Shown: positions 1 through 13,315 of the stretch, one piece after another | How positions within the stretch are numbered: the first letter of the stretch is position 1 | Layout of the letters: each line of letters begins with the position of its first letter | From: Haliotis cracherodii | Taxonomy: Eukaryota | NCBI RefSeq assembly: GCF_022045235.1 | Contig: NW_027266274.1 | Span: forward strand, 4,092,001 to 4,156,000 | DNA: 64,000 nucleotides | Direction: 5' to 3' | The notes under the pieces: generated by a model | Seen by the model: only the letters and a program-made list of their open reading frames with translations | Databases searched by the model: none | What the model was told of the DNA's origin: nothing | Program-made: the position numbers and the translations under genes

Positions 1-438
1 TGATTGTGAAACTATAAAACAGTTACATGTATTTGAAAACATATGGTGAAGTCTGCACTTTGCTCACCTCTGTCTTATCAAAATGTAACCTCGGCCCACA
101 ATGTGCATCTTATCAAACGAAAGATAGTCAAACAAACTAGCCAGTCGGGACGCTTCTGCTGTTAAATGGCAGGAATTGTGAGTCAAGATATTCTCAGAAA
201 GTAAACAAGTTAAGAAGGTCACATTCTTGGGGTCATAAACCTGGGCAACTGGGTCACAATTTGAAAAAATCAATATTCTTTTCCTCAGACCTTTCTCTGG
301 TGGCACAAACGTTATGGTGAAGGCAGGAGGATTGTATGAGAGCTTCATTGAGTATTATGCTGTCATTTTGTGAAGCACTTTAAAATCTTGTATCACTGGT
401 TGACAATGAGGAAAATATGGCAAAAATCTGCTCTGAGT

Positions 439-966
439 CATCTTCCCGAGGCAAGTGAGTTAACTGACTATAAAAGTCCAGTTTCCACTGGAATTCCTGG
501 GCTCGACCAAAGCGCCACCAGTGGTTATTATGAGTTATGTTCCTTCTAAGCCTCTCCTATGGACCAATCAGATTCCACCTCTCGTATCACTTGCATTTGT
601 TTCAAACAAAATGGTGGCACCCAGTCAAAACGATCTGATTGATAATCAAGATCTATATTGTGATAAAACGGGTCTTACATAGCAAAGTGCATCAAATCAC
701 GTGAGCACCTTGATTAAAAACATGAAAAGACTTGGAAAATATCTGTTGACAACAAGTTGGTGGTGCACATGCTTTGCAAATCCTGCAATCGACAGAAATC
801 TGAAAACATTTTACAAACCGGGTTTCGATTTCGGTGGGCGATTTTGATTGGACTATGCATAGACTCGTTAGCCCAGCCAAAATGTAACTCCATAATACCA
901 GCCTAGTTCGGCAAGGGTGGAAACTGGACTTTTATAATCAGTTAACTCCCTTGCCTCGGGAAGATG
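439..966. mobile_element. Non-autonomous TIR DNA transposon (MITE), Mutator-like, copy 1
   Basis: TIR CATCTTCCCGAGGCAAG...GTTTCCAC at both ends, flanked by a perfect 9-bp TSD GCTCTGAGT (430-438 and 967-975). Second copy at 9058-9564. Confidence 0.85.
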
Positions 967-1242
967 GCTCTGAGTGGGAGCGAATTTGTTTTAATGCTGC
1001 TTTGAACAGTATTTCATTGATATCATGGCATGTCAGCTTAATATCTGAGGCAAGTCTTAGGTGATGCAGATCCTAAGGCGTTTACCATGTTTGTGAAACC
1101 AGTGATCATAATTGATGACAAACCTAGAAACATGACGAGGGAAATCCAAAATGATACAAGTCTCAGATGTTCATGTGGTGAAACACACGGTCACGTGTAG
1201 GGTGCTGACATTCAAAGGATCATAATCAGCTAGGGAAATCTG

Positions 1243-1625
1243 CAGAGCTCTAGATAAGCTTTTGGATACTTGGGTATTTTACCCATCGATTGGATTTTTA
1301 TGTGGCATCCACAATTTTTAGTGGATATTTAATTTTTTGTTACCCACATGATTCCTCACATTTGGGTATTTAAACTTGAAAACCTGTTTTGTAACAATCC
1401 CTGAAAATCAATTAATACCAAATGTAACTCTCGGTAAATTAATTTTGTGATCGGCTGATATAAACATTTTATCTAACAATGTAATACACACATTAGTTTT
1501 ATTTCATTAGCATTTTTATAGTTTTTGTTGCATATTTGACATGCTAGAGATCTGATTTGGCTGCATATTTAAGTTTTATATTTAATACATACTTTACACA
1601 AATACACAGCTGTTGTACAGCCCTG
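1243..1625. mobile_element. Probable hAT-like MITE with 6-bp TSD
   Basis: Ends CAGAGCTCTAGA / TGTACAGCCCTG form imperfect TIRs, flanked by AATCTG at 1237-1242 and 1626-1631; AT-rich interior. Confidence 0.5.
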
Positions 1626-2275
1626 AATCTGGGATTGAAACCCATGATGATCAGGTCAGGGCACGTCCGAGAGTGAATGTTTTTACACTACAATAAGCAC
1701 TGTACCAGATATACCAGCAGGATATCCACTGTCGTCTGCAAAGTGGGTAGTGGTGGATGGGTGTGCACTCCTGTCCGACACCGAACATGCCTGGCTCCAC
1801 CTACACTGTGGTATCACAGTGGACAGGCCAACCAGTGCTTGACAGCAATGACCTTGTGTCACAATGACACGCGATCAGCTAGGCCATACACTGTGGGTTG
1901 TATTACTGCAGGAGCAGTCTATGTCTATAGAAGAGTACTTTGTTGACAATCATGGTTGGTAGGCAGTTTCGACCAATGATAGATGTACAAGCAAGCATAG
2001 GTTACAAATGTCAAGTTGCAAACCCTTGAATCGTCTAAGTAGGTTCAGCATTACAAATGTGACAATACAAAGTTTAAGGACGCCAACAAGCTCAAAAGAG
2101 GTTCTCTTATCTCGACTTGTGACATCACATTTCATGTGGCAGGGGGCTAATGTCAATAATATCGACTTTCAGTTTAGAACAATTTTGCTAGAATCACTAC
2201 GTTTTCTTCAGGGGTGTCCAGATAATGTTTGCATTCAAAGTAGCTTGGCTACACGATCAAAGTTTCACAATCATG

Positions 2276-2532
2276 TGAGGTGAATTGATATGGGTTTACC
2301 GTCGTGTACCAGATTATTGTACTTTTGTTGCGACGTGCATGCACGTGTGTGTATGGCTGCTTGTACTAGTCAATACTAATTCCAAATTTATAGTGCTAGC
2401 CCACTGAGATACCATGCCCCTATTTACACGAATAACCCACTCAGACAGAGACTCTGAGCCGACCAGTCTTGGTTTTAACCCCTTAATTCCAAACTAGGCA
2501 GGGTAACAACAAGTACCATCTTTTAACGTCTA
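2276..2532 (-). mobile_element. SINE (Meta-SINE-like core), degraded
   Basis: Contains TTATAGTGCTAGCCCACTGAG...CCACTCAGACA...GAGCCGACCAGTC; a related copy lies at 62990-63160. Confidence 0.6.
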
Positions 2533-3156
2533 TAGGCATTTTTTCTTTCCACAATTTAATCAAGCTGTTATTGTTTTTACATAAAGTGAATTCAAGCAGA
2601 ACGTCATAATGCTGCCTATACATTCTATGAAACAACATGAAGAACTGTTAGAATCAATGGCTACATGTGAAATCTATACAACCATGGAGAGCAAACACAC
2701 AAATAATTCTAGGTAACCTTCACTCGGTGGACAAGGCAACAGCTTAGAACTGCACCATGCATCTGGGCTCCCCCGCAAACTGCCTCCACATACAGAACAA
2801 ACACATCTTATTTACATTATGTCAAGTCTATTTTGACAGGTATCATTCGGTTCTAGAGTTATATGTAGCCATGTCTCTATAAATAACGTGATCTCATGGA
2901 AACAAACATATATAATATCTTACTGTTAGTTTGAGATGTTTAGAGTATTTATAACTGCTGTCACTGCTGGGTACTCATAACCCCAGCTGCCAGGGGGACT
3001 ACAGTGCATGGCGGGATTAAGATGTACTGTATTGATCGCACAATTATCTTTAAACTTTCATGCATGAACACACATACACATTGATCAATACTTGAGTGGA
3101 AACAGCCCTTGCTTATTTCATGTCAATTACACTAACGAAATAAACAAATCAATTAC

Positions 3157-3295
3157 CTTGCACCCCACTGGTGACCCCACCCCTGTGCTCGCTGGTCGCA
3201 TCATGCCGCGTGTTACTGCTCACTTGTCGCATGTAACAGCTGTACCAAGATGCCAGATTCTTGGAGGCAAGACTGCCTTTATTCACCTTTGCCAT
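3157..3295 (-). CDS. Candidate alternative first coding exon (MAKVNKGSLASKNLASWYSCYMRQ...SGVQ, 46 aa, phase 1)
   Basis: gccATGG Kozak context, 139 nt open, donor CAAG|GTAATT; same phase as exon D. Confidence 0.5.
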
Positions 3296-3699
3296 GGCAC
3301 AGCAGGACATACGCGACAGTAAATATGCTCACAAATTACAGTTCGGCGCTGTCAACTGTATGTCAATAGCAGAAGCACTACAACAAACACACCTTCTTGT
3401 TTCCAAATTCACAACTCAAACACTGCCTGATCAGACGAGTGATTCCATGAGGTGTATGGTCATAGTATCCGTCAACCTCTCTGTTTCATGCTCTATTTGT
3501 CCTTCATCAATTTTTAATGACCTTCAGTTTTAATTCCAGAGGCTCGAAGACCTTCTTACTCAAACACAGCTTGAGTTAGAAGAGTATGGAAAAATCTGTT
3601 ACCAAAACCAATTAAAAAAATCTGCTTGGAAACAATCTGTCATAATTCTGCATATCGGTGGTGCACAGCCAGAAAAGGCTATGAGTTGCACTATCAAGC

Positions 3700-4010
3700 T
3701 TCTACAGGTATTGATCAAAGAGAGGTGAGTGACATTTGACAGGTACTTCAGCACAATCCACAAGTACGCTGCATCGCCATGGAACAGAGTCTGTTTTGTC
3801 TGTGAACAGGGGATATCCAAAATTCGAGGTAAGTATTCCACAGAAGTAAGCTCTGATTTGAAACAGTTTGGAGTTCAGTTTCCTGTTAGACCACTCCGAA
3901 TGTCCCCAAACATCGTGAACCTTTGACCCGCAGTTGCAGACAGGTGAATCTGACATGCCCTGACTAATTAAGTGACTTGAGTTAATTACAACAATGAGGC
4001 TTCTATTTCT
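3700..4010 (-). mobile_element. Degraded 3' end of a CR1/L2-group LINE ORF2
   Basis: Frameshifted translations NSSHLISQGMSDSPVCNCG and TLFHGD...LINTCR resemble the C-terminal zinc-knuckle tail of these LINEs. Confidence 0.45.
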
Positions 4011-5437
4011 CCACACAACAAATGTCAGTTGCTGGCAAATAGGGAGAGGCCAGTTCAACCATGACAGGGCATGGTTTTGTTACAACTTGGGAATACGGTG
4101 ACAGCTTCACTCTTGACTTCACACAAATCTGGTTTAGTGTGAAATAGAATCTGATTGGCTTGCAAGTCCCAGATTTAATTCTGATTGGTCTGGTATCTCT
4201 GTGGCTAAAGTATAGATCTAGGGGCTCGAGTGACCATTCATAACGGAATCCTTATGGATTAGATGCAAAGATATCAGTATCAAGTATTGATTGTCATACA
4301 CTTACATATTATTATGATTGTCATAAAGGTTTTCTGGCTGAGTACCTTTATTGACAAAAGAAACTAGGGGATAATGAATTATATTCCATGCTGAGTATGA
4401 ACTTGCAAGGATTACAGTTTTACAATCCTGATCCCCACTTAACACCCAACATGAACAGTGCGACTAATGAGAAATAGAACTTCCCATGGATACTGTCATG
4501 CAATATGCTTGTTTCAGAATACTTAGGTAAATATAATCTGGAACAAGCTTCCCCTCAGAAACTCCAATGTTTGACAAGGGACAAAGTCTAGAGTTATAAA
4601 TCTTTCCCCAAACTTATAACTTACCACATGGTGAAATAGAAAAATGACTGAATTATTTCCTTGTATGCATCACTAACCACTAGTTACAATTATTGTAACT
4701 TCAGACAATTAACCTTCACTCAACTGACCATCTTGGGTGGAAATAATAAAATAGTTATATATATGGAAACAGATATGAAATAGTGTATGTACATGTATAT
4801 ACCAACAGGTGAAATGTTTTTAAATATCTCACTTAACACACAATACATTTGTGGATATGAATCATTTATATCAAATCCAGTAGATCAGTTAGCTATTTGT
4901 CTCCTATATATATCATCAGTATATCATAGCACATGGCACTTGTATTAAATTGTACCTTTGTGTAACTCAATAGATGTGAAATGTTTACCTAAACTGCGAC
5001 AGAACCGTGCCCTTTGTTAGTGCGGTTGATGAGAACAAGGCTGTCCCATATGGGGAAGCACCAACAGCCAGCAGCAACAGGTAGAAGCTGGTGTTGTTAG
5101 ATGTAGATGTGTATGTATTGATTGGTGGAATCTGAATAGGATATAGGCAGCCGCTTAACTAAACTCACATTGTGGGTCAGATTTAGTGATTTGGTTCATT
5201 ATTCCTTTCTTTCGTGTCTGAAGTTCGGTAATATATCAAACATGTTTGCATGTTTAGCTTCAGGTACCATGGGTCATACACCGCCATCTTGTTAACAGTC
5301 TATGAAGAAAACATTCACCCTTACATCAAGTATGTACACATTACTGAAATAGAAACATCTGTGTAGGTCACAAACTTGGGTGTAGAATTATGTAATAGTA
5401 GTAAATATTTTCTTTGATAGGCATTTAGAAGTTGGAG

Positions 5438-5580
5438 TACTAAGTAAGGATAAGAATTTATGGATGAACAACTTCTGTATTACAATTAAGAGACACTGTT
5501 ATCATACACCTATACCGAAACATCACTCTTAATTGTAATAAAGAAGTTGTTCATCCATAAATTCTTATCCTTACTTAGTA
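5438..5580. mobile_element. Palindromic Penelope-like terminal-repeat remnant
   Basis: About 55-bp near-perfect inverted arms; CCGAAAC...AATAAAGAAGTTG...CATCCATAAATT is shared with 50994-51156. Confidence 0.55.
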
Positions 5581-7816
5581 AATATTTAAAAAAATCTTTG
5601 GGTATAAAATTCTTTTCTGGGAAAGAGTTGCAGTCAGCAAATCCTGGCACTCTTAGAGCATTGTACTTCTTCATGATGGAAAAAGGCTGAGTCAGTAGTA
5701 ACGGTATGTCATCAATCTGGCTTCCGGCCAAATCCACACAGCGTTTAGACTGATGTACCGAAACATGTAATTTGGTCTAGTCAGCTTCACCTGGGGGAAG
5801 TGAAAGTTTCCTCATTGTAAGATGTTTCACTATGAATGTTATCAATAGTCCTAAAAAAGAATGTGTGCATCTATAACAACCCATACCAGGTCACAGTCAA
5901 TAATGCTTGACAAACAGCATGTGGTTCACTATCTCAGTGCCGGTTGAGTATCCCAGTCATAGGTTGTTGTGGATTCCTTTGACATTATGTCACAAGTTGT
6001 GTGGGGAATAGTATATGTCAGTTGACAAGGTATGAGGATGGTATAATTACCCTTGTTATTTGGAATATGTTACCCAAGGATACAGTACATATTGGCTGCA
6101 ACTAAGTAATTACATACATGAATTAGTCTGTATAATTAGAGCAATAATCTCAACAAATGTATGGTACAGTAAACAAATACTTCATCTCTGACTCATGCTA
6201 ATGTTGATAGTTCGATGGTGACATTGACCTTTTCTGCTCTCATAAACTTTGTAAACTTTAAACCTAGGAAACAATAAATCTAAACCTAGGAAACTTGGAT
6301 CACAAACAGAAAATCTTTCTTAATACATGTACTATAATTGATTCTGAGATTTTTCTCTTGTATTTCCCTCAAATGTGTAGGCATACTATTTGCACCAGGA
6401 CAGAAGTATTGAACGTGAGTTACTTCCCTTGGAATCATGGTAATGCTAACTAGCGATGTCAATTTGTTTACAGCGAGCACATAGCGGTGTTCCTGACATG
6501 CCTACACAGAACGCTGTTCCTGGCACCATGCATGTGCCCCCTGTGCAGGTGCCCCCTGTGCAGGTGCCTTACCTCACTCAGCGTCTGGGGCAAACAGCAG
6601 AGTGGGATGGCCTGCGGGTGGGCCCGGGACTTCATTATAGCGAACAGGCTGTCACATTTGTCACAAAAAGTAACACAGAGCAAATATCCTTACAACTAAA
6701 TCTGATACCTCAAGGAAGATTTCTTGAAACGGGTTTTGAATTCTGTGCATCATGTTTTATATTTTGAATGTTGTTTCATTTCAATCTTTTTAATACTAAT
6801 TTAACATAGGGAATGGCTGAACATGGATATCTATACGTATGTCATATATTCAGGCTGTGTAAGTCTAACTTTGAAAAATATATCCCTATATAACACTGAC
6901 CATAAACATCACTGTTGGGAGATACAGTTACATGTATGGAATTCTAAGACATTATCAGCTCCTAATTTGCTATTTACCCGTGCTGCAACTGCATGGCTTA
7001 ATCTTGCCAGAACAAATAACTAACAAGGACACTCAGGTAATTAGGCATGTAATCCAACAAACCTGTCTGTCTCTCCCCTCAGTGGCTGACGTTGCAGTGT
7101 GCGTCCCACTCACCGACTCCCGCCCTCAAATGTTTGCACTTGTCATCTTCATGTGAAACGTCTGATCGTCAATATGACACAGTGGCTAGTTATTACCGAC
7201 TCCACTCACGAGTGATGCAAGTGAAGCGGTGTATATACTAGTGGTGACTACTCCCTGGTCGGTGCGGTGGCAGCCACACTTATGTCCCTGCGGTCTGGCT
7301 TCGCTCCAGCAGCAGCGTGGAGCAGGAAGTCTCAACTCAATGTTAATATTTTGAATTCCGTGTAAATGAACGCTTTCTACTTCCACATAATGACACCTTG
7401 ATTTTTGTACACAGCCCTGTCCAAGGATCTGGGGCATGCCTAAAATGAGTTGGGAATGTTGATTTTTTAAGAGAAATCCATTCACATTTAGTCTCATAGA
7501 GGTGATGTGTTTGCCATAACAGAGGGAAGGAATTTGAATTCAGGTGCCTGCATTTTAAATGGCAAATGCAAAATTTTGTAAAGGGATAACATATATTCTG
7601 TTCTTCTTAAAAAGTTCATATATCAAATTTATATTGTCTAAGTGTTTGTTTAGTGTTTCAAAGAAACATTGTCAAAATCACAGAAGAGATGTCCTATTCA
7701 ATTTTTATCATTGTTGCTTGAGAAAAGTGCATTATCCAGTATCTCCATAACAACCGGAAATATGGAAATCTATATACCAAATTATATGCTATATTCAAAG
7801 CAGTTCTTGTTCTTCT

Positions 7817-8298
7817 TCAGATGATGCAATATACCTCTGTGTCAGATAATACAGTATATCTCTGTGCCAGATAATGCAATATGTCTCTGTGCCAGATAAT
7901 GCAATATGTTTCTGTGCCAGATAATGCAATATATCTCTGTGCCAGATAATGCAGTATATCTCTATGCCAGATAATGCAATATGTCTCTATGCCAGATAAT
8001 GCAATATATCTCTGTGGCAGATAATGTAATATATCTCTCTGCCAGATAATGCAATGTATCTCTGTGCCAGATAATGCAATATATCTCTGTGACAGATAAT
8101 GCAATATGTCTCTGTGCCAGATAATGCAATATATCTCTGTGCCAGATAATGCAATATATCTCTGTGCCAGATAATGCAATATGTCTCTGTGCCAGATAAT
8201 GCAATATGTCTCTGTGCCAGATAATGCAATATATCTCTATGCCAGATAATGCAATATATCTCTATGCCAGATAATGCAATATATCTCTGTGGCAGATA
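7817..8298. repeat. 25-bp minisatellite, about 19 copies
   Basis: Unit GCCAGATAATGCAATATATCTCTGT. Confidence 0.95.
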
Positions 8299-9057
8299 TA
8301 GTCTACATGCCTGATGGACCATGTTCACTTGATGAACGGACAGCCAGATACTGTCAGTCACACAACAGATAATGACATTTGTTTTAATACATGACCAGAT
8401 TCATGACAGCAGGTCGAACCCTATCATCTGCACAGACAGGCTGCCATTCTCCACCAGTAATCATACAAAGATCTCTGAGGTGTTTCCTGGAACTGTCCTT
8501 ATCAACCGGGACAGATCCCACATCAGGGGAAACAATCAGTGGGCTGCTGTATTGCCAACTCAAACATTTCAAACTGCTTTTGTTGTGTAGCAACATTTAT
8601 CTTTGTAGTTTGAAAATATGAGGCAAATTTCATTAAATGTGAAGTCAACATGGGTGATAGTAATTTAGATCTGCAATTAATAAAAAAGCCGACATTTGCC
8701 ACACTTCAACAGGAACATGCAAGTGTCAGACCCACACTTATTTCTTAAGGATATGCATAGTAGGAGCTTCTAGTGAAGGGGGAAATATAGTTTTTGCCGG
8801 GTGTTTGAAAAAAAGAGGTTAGTTGTTATCCACTTGAGCCTGTCTTCTAATTTTCATTCCAATAACTTATAAAATTGACACAAGCCCGAAAGGATCCTTG
8901 TCCTAATAGTACATGAATACATGCACTCATATATATTTCTTGATACATTGATAAACCATTATCAGCAGTATGATCTTTAGACAACATTGTGAACTCTTAT
9001 GTGTGAACTGTAGACTACCAAAGTGAATTCTTTTAGAGTGAACTATAGGCTATCGAG

Positions 9058-9564
9058 CATCTTCCCGACGCGAGAGTTAACTGACTATCAAAGTCCAGTT
9101 TCCACCCTTGCCGAACTAGGCTGGAATTCTTGGGCTCGATCAGAGTGCCACCAGTGGCTATTATGCCCCTTCTGTGCCTCTCCTACGGACCAATCAGATT
9201 CCACCTCTCCTTTCACTTGCATTTGCTTCAAACAAAATGGCGGCACCTAGTCAAGATGATATGATCGATAAATGGGATAAACGGGTATTACACCGCAAAG
9301 TGCATGAAATCACACAAACACTTTGATTAAAAACATGAAAAGATTTTGAAAATATCTGTTGACGAGTTGGCGGTGCACAGGCTTTGTAAATCCTGCAATC
9401 GACCGAAATGTGCATGACGGTTCACTAACCGTATTTCGATTTCGTTGCACGATTTTGAATGGACTATGCATAAACTTGTCAAGCCAGCCTTAATACCAGC
9501 CTAGTTCGGCAAGGGTGGAAACTGGACTTTTATGCTCAGTTAACTATCTTGCCTCAGGAAGATG
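9058..9564. mobile_element. Same MITE family, copy 2, inserted in the degenerate edge of the 35-bp minisatellite
   Basis: About 69-bp TIRs, internal sequence colinear with 439-966, eroded 9-bp TSD. Confidence 0.85.
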
Positions 9565-9587
9565 ACCACCAACGTGAATTTATACAA

Positions 9588-10290
9588 GGTGAACTGTAGA
9601 CTACCGATGCTAATTCATACAGTGTGCATTGTAGACTAACGACGTGGACTCCCATAGTGTTAACTGTAGACTACCGACGTGAACTCTCATAGTGTGAACT
9701 GTAAACTACGGAAGTGGACTCTCATAGTGTGAACTGTAGACTACGGACGTGGACTCTCATAGTGTGAACTGTAGACTACGGAAGTGGACTCTCATAGTGT
9801 GAACTGTAGACTACTGACGTGGACTCTCATAGTGTGAACTGTAGACTACGGACGTGGACTCTCATAGTGTGAACTGTAGACTACGGACGTGGACTCTCAT
9901 AGTGTGAACTGTAGACTACGGACGTGGACTCTCATAGTGTGAACTGTAGACTACGGACGTGGACTCTCATAGTGTGAACTGTAGACTACGGACGTGGACT
10001 CTCATAGTGTGAACTGTAGACTACGGACGTGGACTCTCATAGTGTGAACAGTAGACTACGGACGTGGACTCTCATAGTGTGAACTGTAGACTACGGACGT
10101 GGACTCTCATAGTGTGAACTGTAGACTATGGACGTGGACTCTCATAGTGTGAACTGTAGACTACGGACGTGGACTCTCATAGTGTGAACTGTAGACTATG
10201 GACGTGGACTCTCATAGTGTGAACTGTAGACTACGGACATGGACTCTCATAGTGTGAACTGTAGACTACGGACGTGGACTCTCATAGTGT
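9588..10290. repeat. 35-bp minisatellite, about 20 copies, plus degenerate units at about 8988-9057
   Basis: Unit GTGAACTGTAGACTACGGACGTGGACTCTCATAGT. Confidence 0.95.
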
Positions 10291-11574
10291 ATTTATAGAC
10301 ATGCCAGGTAGGCTCTATATCTACCATACCTCTGACATCGACATTTAAGTTACTTTTACACAAATATTTCCATGATACATTTTCAGATTTACATAAACAA
10401 TATCTAAATAAAGCATTATTGATATAGTTTCAATGCACACAAACATGCCCTGGAAATCAATCTACTAACTAGCTTGCATGAAGCCTATTACATAACAATC
10501 CTTCTCCATCAGCCATTTTAATGTTTATTACCTACAGATTTCACGCCAAGTTTTGAAATGTACAAAGACGCTACTATCATCAGTTTACCTCATCGCACAT
10601 TGATATAAACAGGGAGCATGATTAACTACAAGAAATCATACTGCCCTAATCTATACACGAATGGAGCATTTACATAAAGGCTATTCAAGTTCACCAACCT
10701 GGCAATAATTGTCAAATACCAGACTTAAAACTTGAGCTAATCTCATCAGTCACTGGTTAGTGAAAAGCACGAAATCATTAGAAGTGTCAAGTCGGCAAGT
10801 CAGCACTGCCTATACGCCCGCGAGCAGTCCAGGTGTAATTGGGCAGGTTATGTAATATCCAGCCTGCGAGAGCTTGTTGTACTTTAAAGTTTACAAGTTT
10901 GTCACAGACAAAATTTTGCACAGATAAATTTTGATAAGATAAAAACTGTGTTTGGCCAGTGTTTAAGCTGACAGGGGTATTTGTGACTCAGAGGTGTGTG
11001 TTCATGGGAAACTAATTTGTTCTTTCACTGGAGGTTTTGTTTCTCAGGGCCCTTCTTGTTGAAGGTGAGAAACGGAATTGTTTGATTGACGGGAGCTCTT
11101 CAGTAGAGAAGACAATGAAACATGCAAATTATTCCAGATATTTCAAAACTACATCATTCAAGTCTTCGGCTCATTTGCAAAGAGAATTCCAGTGAAAAAC
11201 CTCAAACCTGAGTATTGTGGCTGACATAGCCAAGAATTAAGTTAACCATGACAAAACCTACAAAAATTGGTGATGAAAAAAGGAAATTTGTCCCAAGAAA
11301 CTGACACAAGAGCTCATCAGACCACAAAGGACTAGACATGGCTTCACAATGGCATTTATCTAAGTGGAAATGGGAATAACTTGTTAGAATTTCAATGGAA
11401 TATTAATTCAGAACGTTACAGAAGCAGCAAGCGACTGCAACCCACACTACAGCAGCAGGTAGCCTTATAGACATGATCTCAACCTACTGGAGACTGAGCC
11501 TCTCTATGTATTATAGTAATAGTCTCGTTAGAAGAAAATAACCTTCTGATAATAATAAAATCACCCCTAATACA

Positions 11575-12842
11575 TTCTCGTCCCCTTCTCAGCTCTAGCA
11601 GCCTATACACATCCCCCTTCTCAGCTCTAGCAGCCAATACACATCCCCTATCTCAGCTCTAGCAGCCTATACTCACCCCATTCCCAGCTCTAGTAGCCTA
11701 TACACATCCCCTTCTCAGCTCTAGCAGCCTATACTCATCCCGTTCCCAGCTCTAGCAGCCTATACACATCCCCTTCTCAGCTCTAGCAGCCTATACTCAT
11801 CCCGTTCCCAGCTCTAGCAGCCTATACACATCCCCTTCTCAGCTCTAGCAGCATATACTCATCCCCTTCTCAGCTCTAGCAGCCTATACACATCCGCTTC
11901 CCAGCTCTAGCAGCATATACACATCCCCTTCTCAGCTCTAGCAGCCTATACACATCCCCCTTCTCAGCTCTAGCAGCCTATACTCATCCCGTTCCCAGCT
12001 CTAGCAGCCTATACACATCCCCTTCTCAGCTCTAGCAGCCTATACACATCCCCCTTCTCAGCTCTAGCAGCCTATACACATCCCCTTCCCAGCTCTAGCA
12101 GCATATACACATCCCCTTCTCAGCTCTAGCAGCCTATACACATCCCCTTCTCAGCTCTAGCAGCCTATACACATCCCCTTCTCAGCTCTAGCAGCCAATA
12201 CACATCCCCTTCCCAGCTCTAGCAGCCTATACACATCCCCTTCTCAGCTCTAGCAGCCTATACTCATCCCGTTCCCAGCTCTAGCAGCCTATACACATCC
12301 CCTTCTCAGCTCTAGCAGCCTATACTCATCCCCTTCTCAGCTCTAGCAGCCTATACACATCCCCTTCCCAGCTCTAGCAGCATATACACATCCCCTTCTC
12401 AGCTCTAGCAGCCTATACACATCCCCTTCTCAGCTCTAGCAGCCTATACTCATCCCGTTCCCAGCTCTAGCAGCCTATACACATCCCCTTCTCAGCTCTA
12501 GCAGCCTATACACATCCCCCTTCTCAGCTCTAGCAGCCTATACACATCCCCTTCCCAGCTCTAGCAGCATATACACATCCCCTTCTCAGCTCTAGCAGCC
12601 TATACACATCCCCTTCTCAGCTCTAGCAGCCTATACACATCCCCTTCTCAGCTCTAGCAGCCAATACACATCCCCTTCCCAGCTCTAGCAGCCTATACAC
12701 ATCCCCTTCTCAGCTCTAGCAGCCTATACACATCCCCTTCTCAGCTCTAGTAGCCTATACTCTCATCCCCTTCTCAGCTCTAGTAGCCTATACTCTCATC
12801 CCCTTCTCAGCTCTAGCAGCCTATACACATTCCTTTCTCAGG
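11575..12842. repeat. 31-bp minisatellite, about 41 copies
   Basis: Unit TCCCCTTCTCAGCTCTAGCAGCCTATACACA. Confidence 0.95.
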
Positions 12843-13278
12843 TCTGAAATGAAGAGACTTGAGGGTTCCTTTATGAAATTATTTTTATTTAACCTTACAC
12901 AAAAACTTGATGTCAGGGACTATGTGCTAGGGCAGTCAATCCTGAGCAGATGCCTTCCTATAACCTATATCACAAGCTGTGCCACCATGCTCACAACAAC
13001 CTGTTAATTGTCGGTGACAGCAGACCCTTAGGTGCCTATTATTAGATTTGACACATTTCATGTCACAATAAATCATTGAATACAGCATATTCTTGTAACA
13101 TGTGAATTAACTGGTTTAACCACTTGCAATTCTCACCTTAACAAAATCAATACACCTGTCAACACGTGTGTGTTTCATCATGTGCGGCTAATATTCAATG
13201 TTTGACCAAGTTTATCTCAGCAGATCTATGCTAAAAATGTTGTTGATAGATGTATCACTGCGTAGGAACAAAGCTCAC

Positions 13279-13315
13279 CTCGAAAATGTCGTATCTGTCT
13301 TGTGACAACATCCAT
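13279..13315 (-). CDS. Candidate short alternative first coding exon (MDVVTRQIRHFR, phase 1)
   Basis: aaacATGG start context and donor CGAG|GTGAGC; 37 nt, same phase as exon D. Confidence 0.38.

Noticed and set aside
7817-8361. Three overlapping minus-strand ORFs
   Set aside because: They are translations of a stop-free 25-bp minisatellite cycling through frames.
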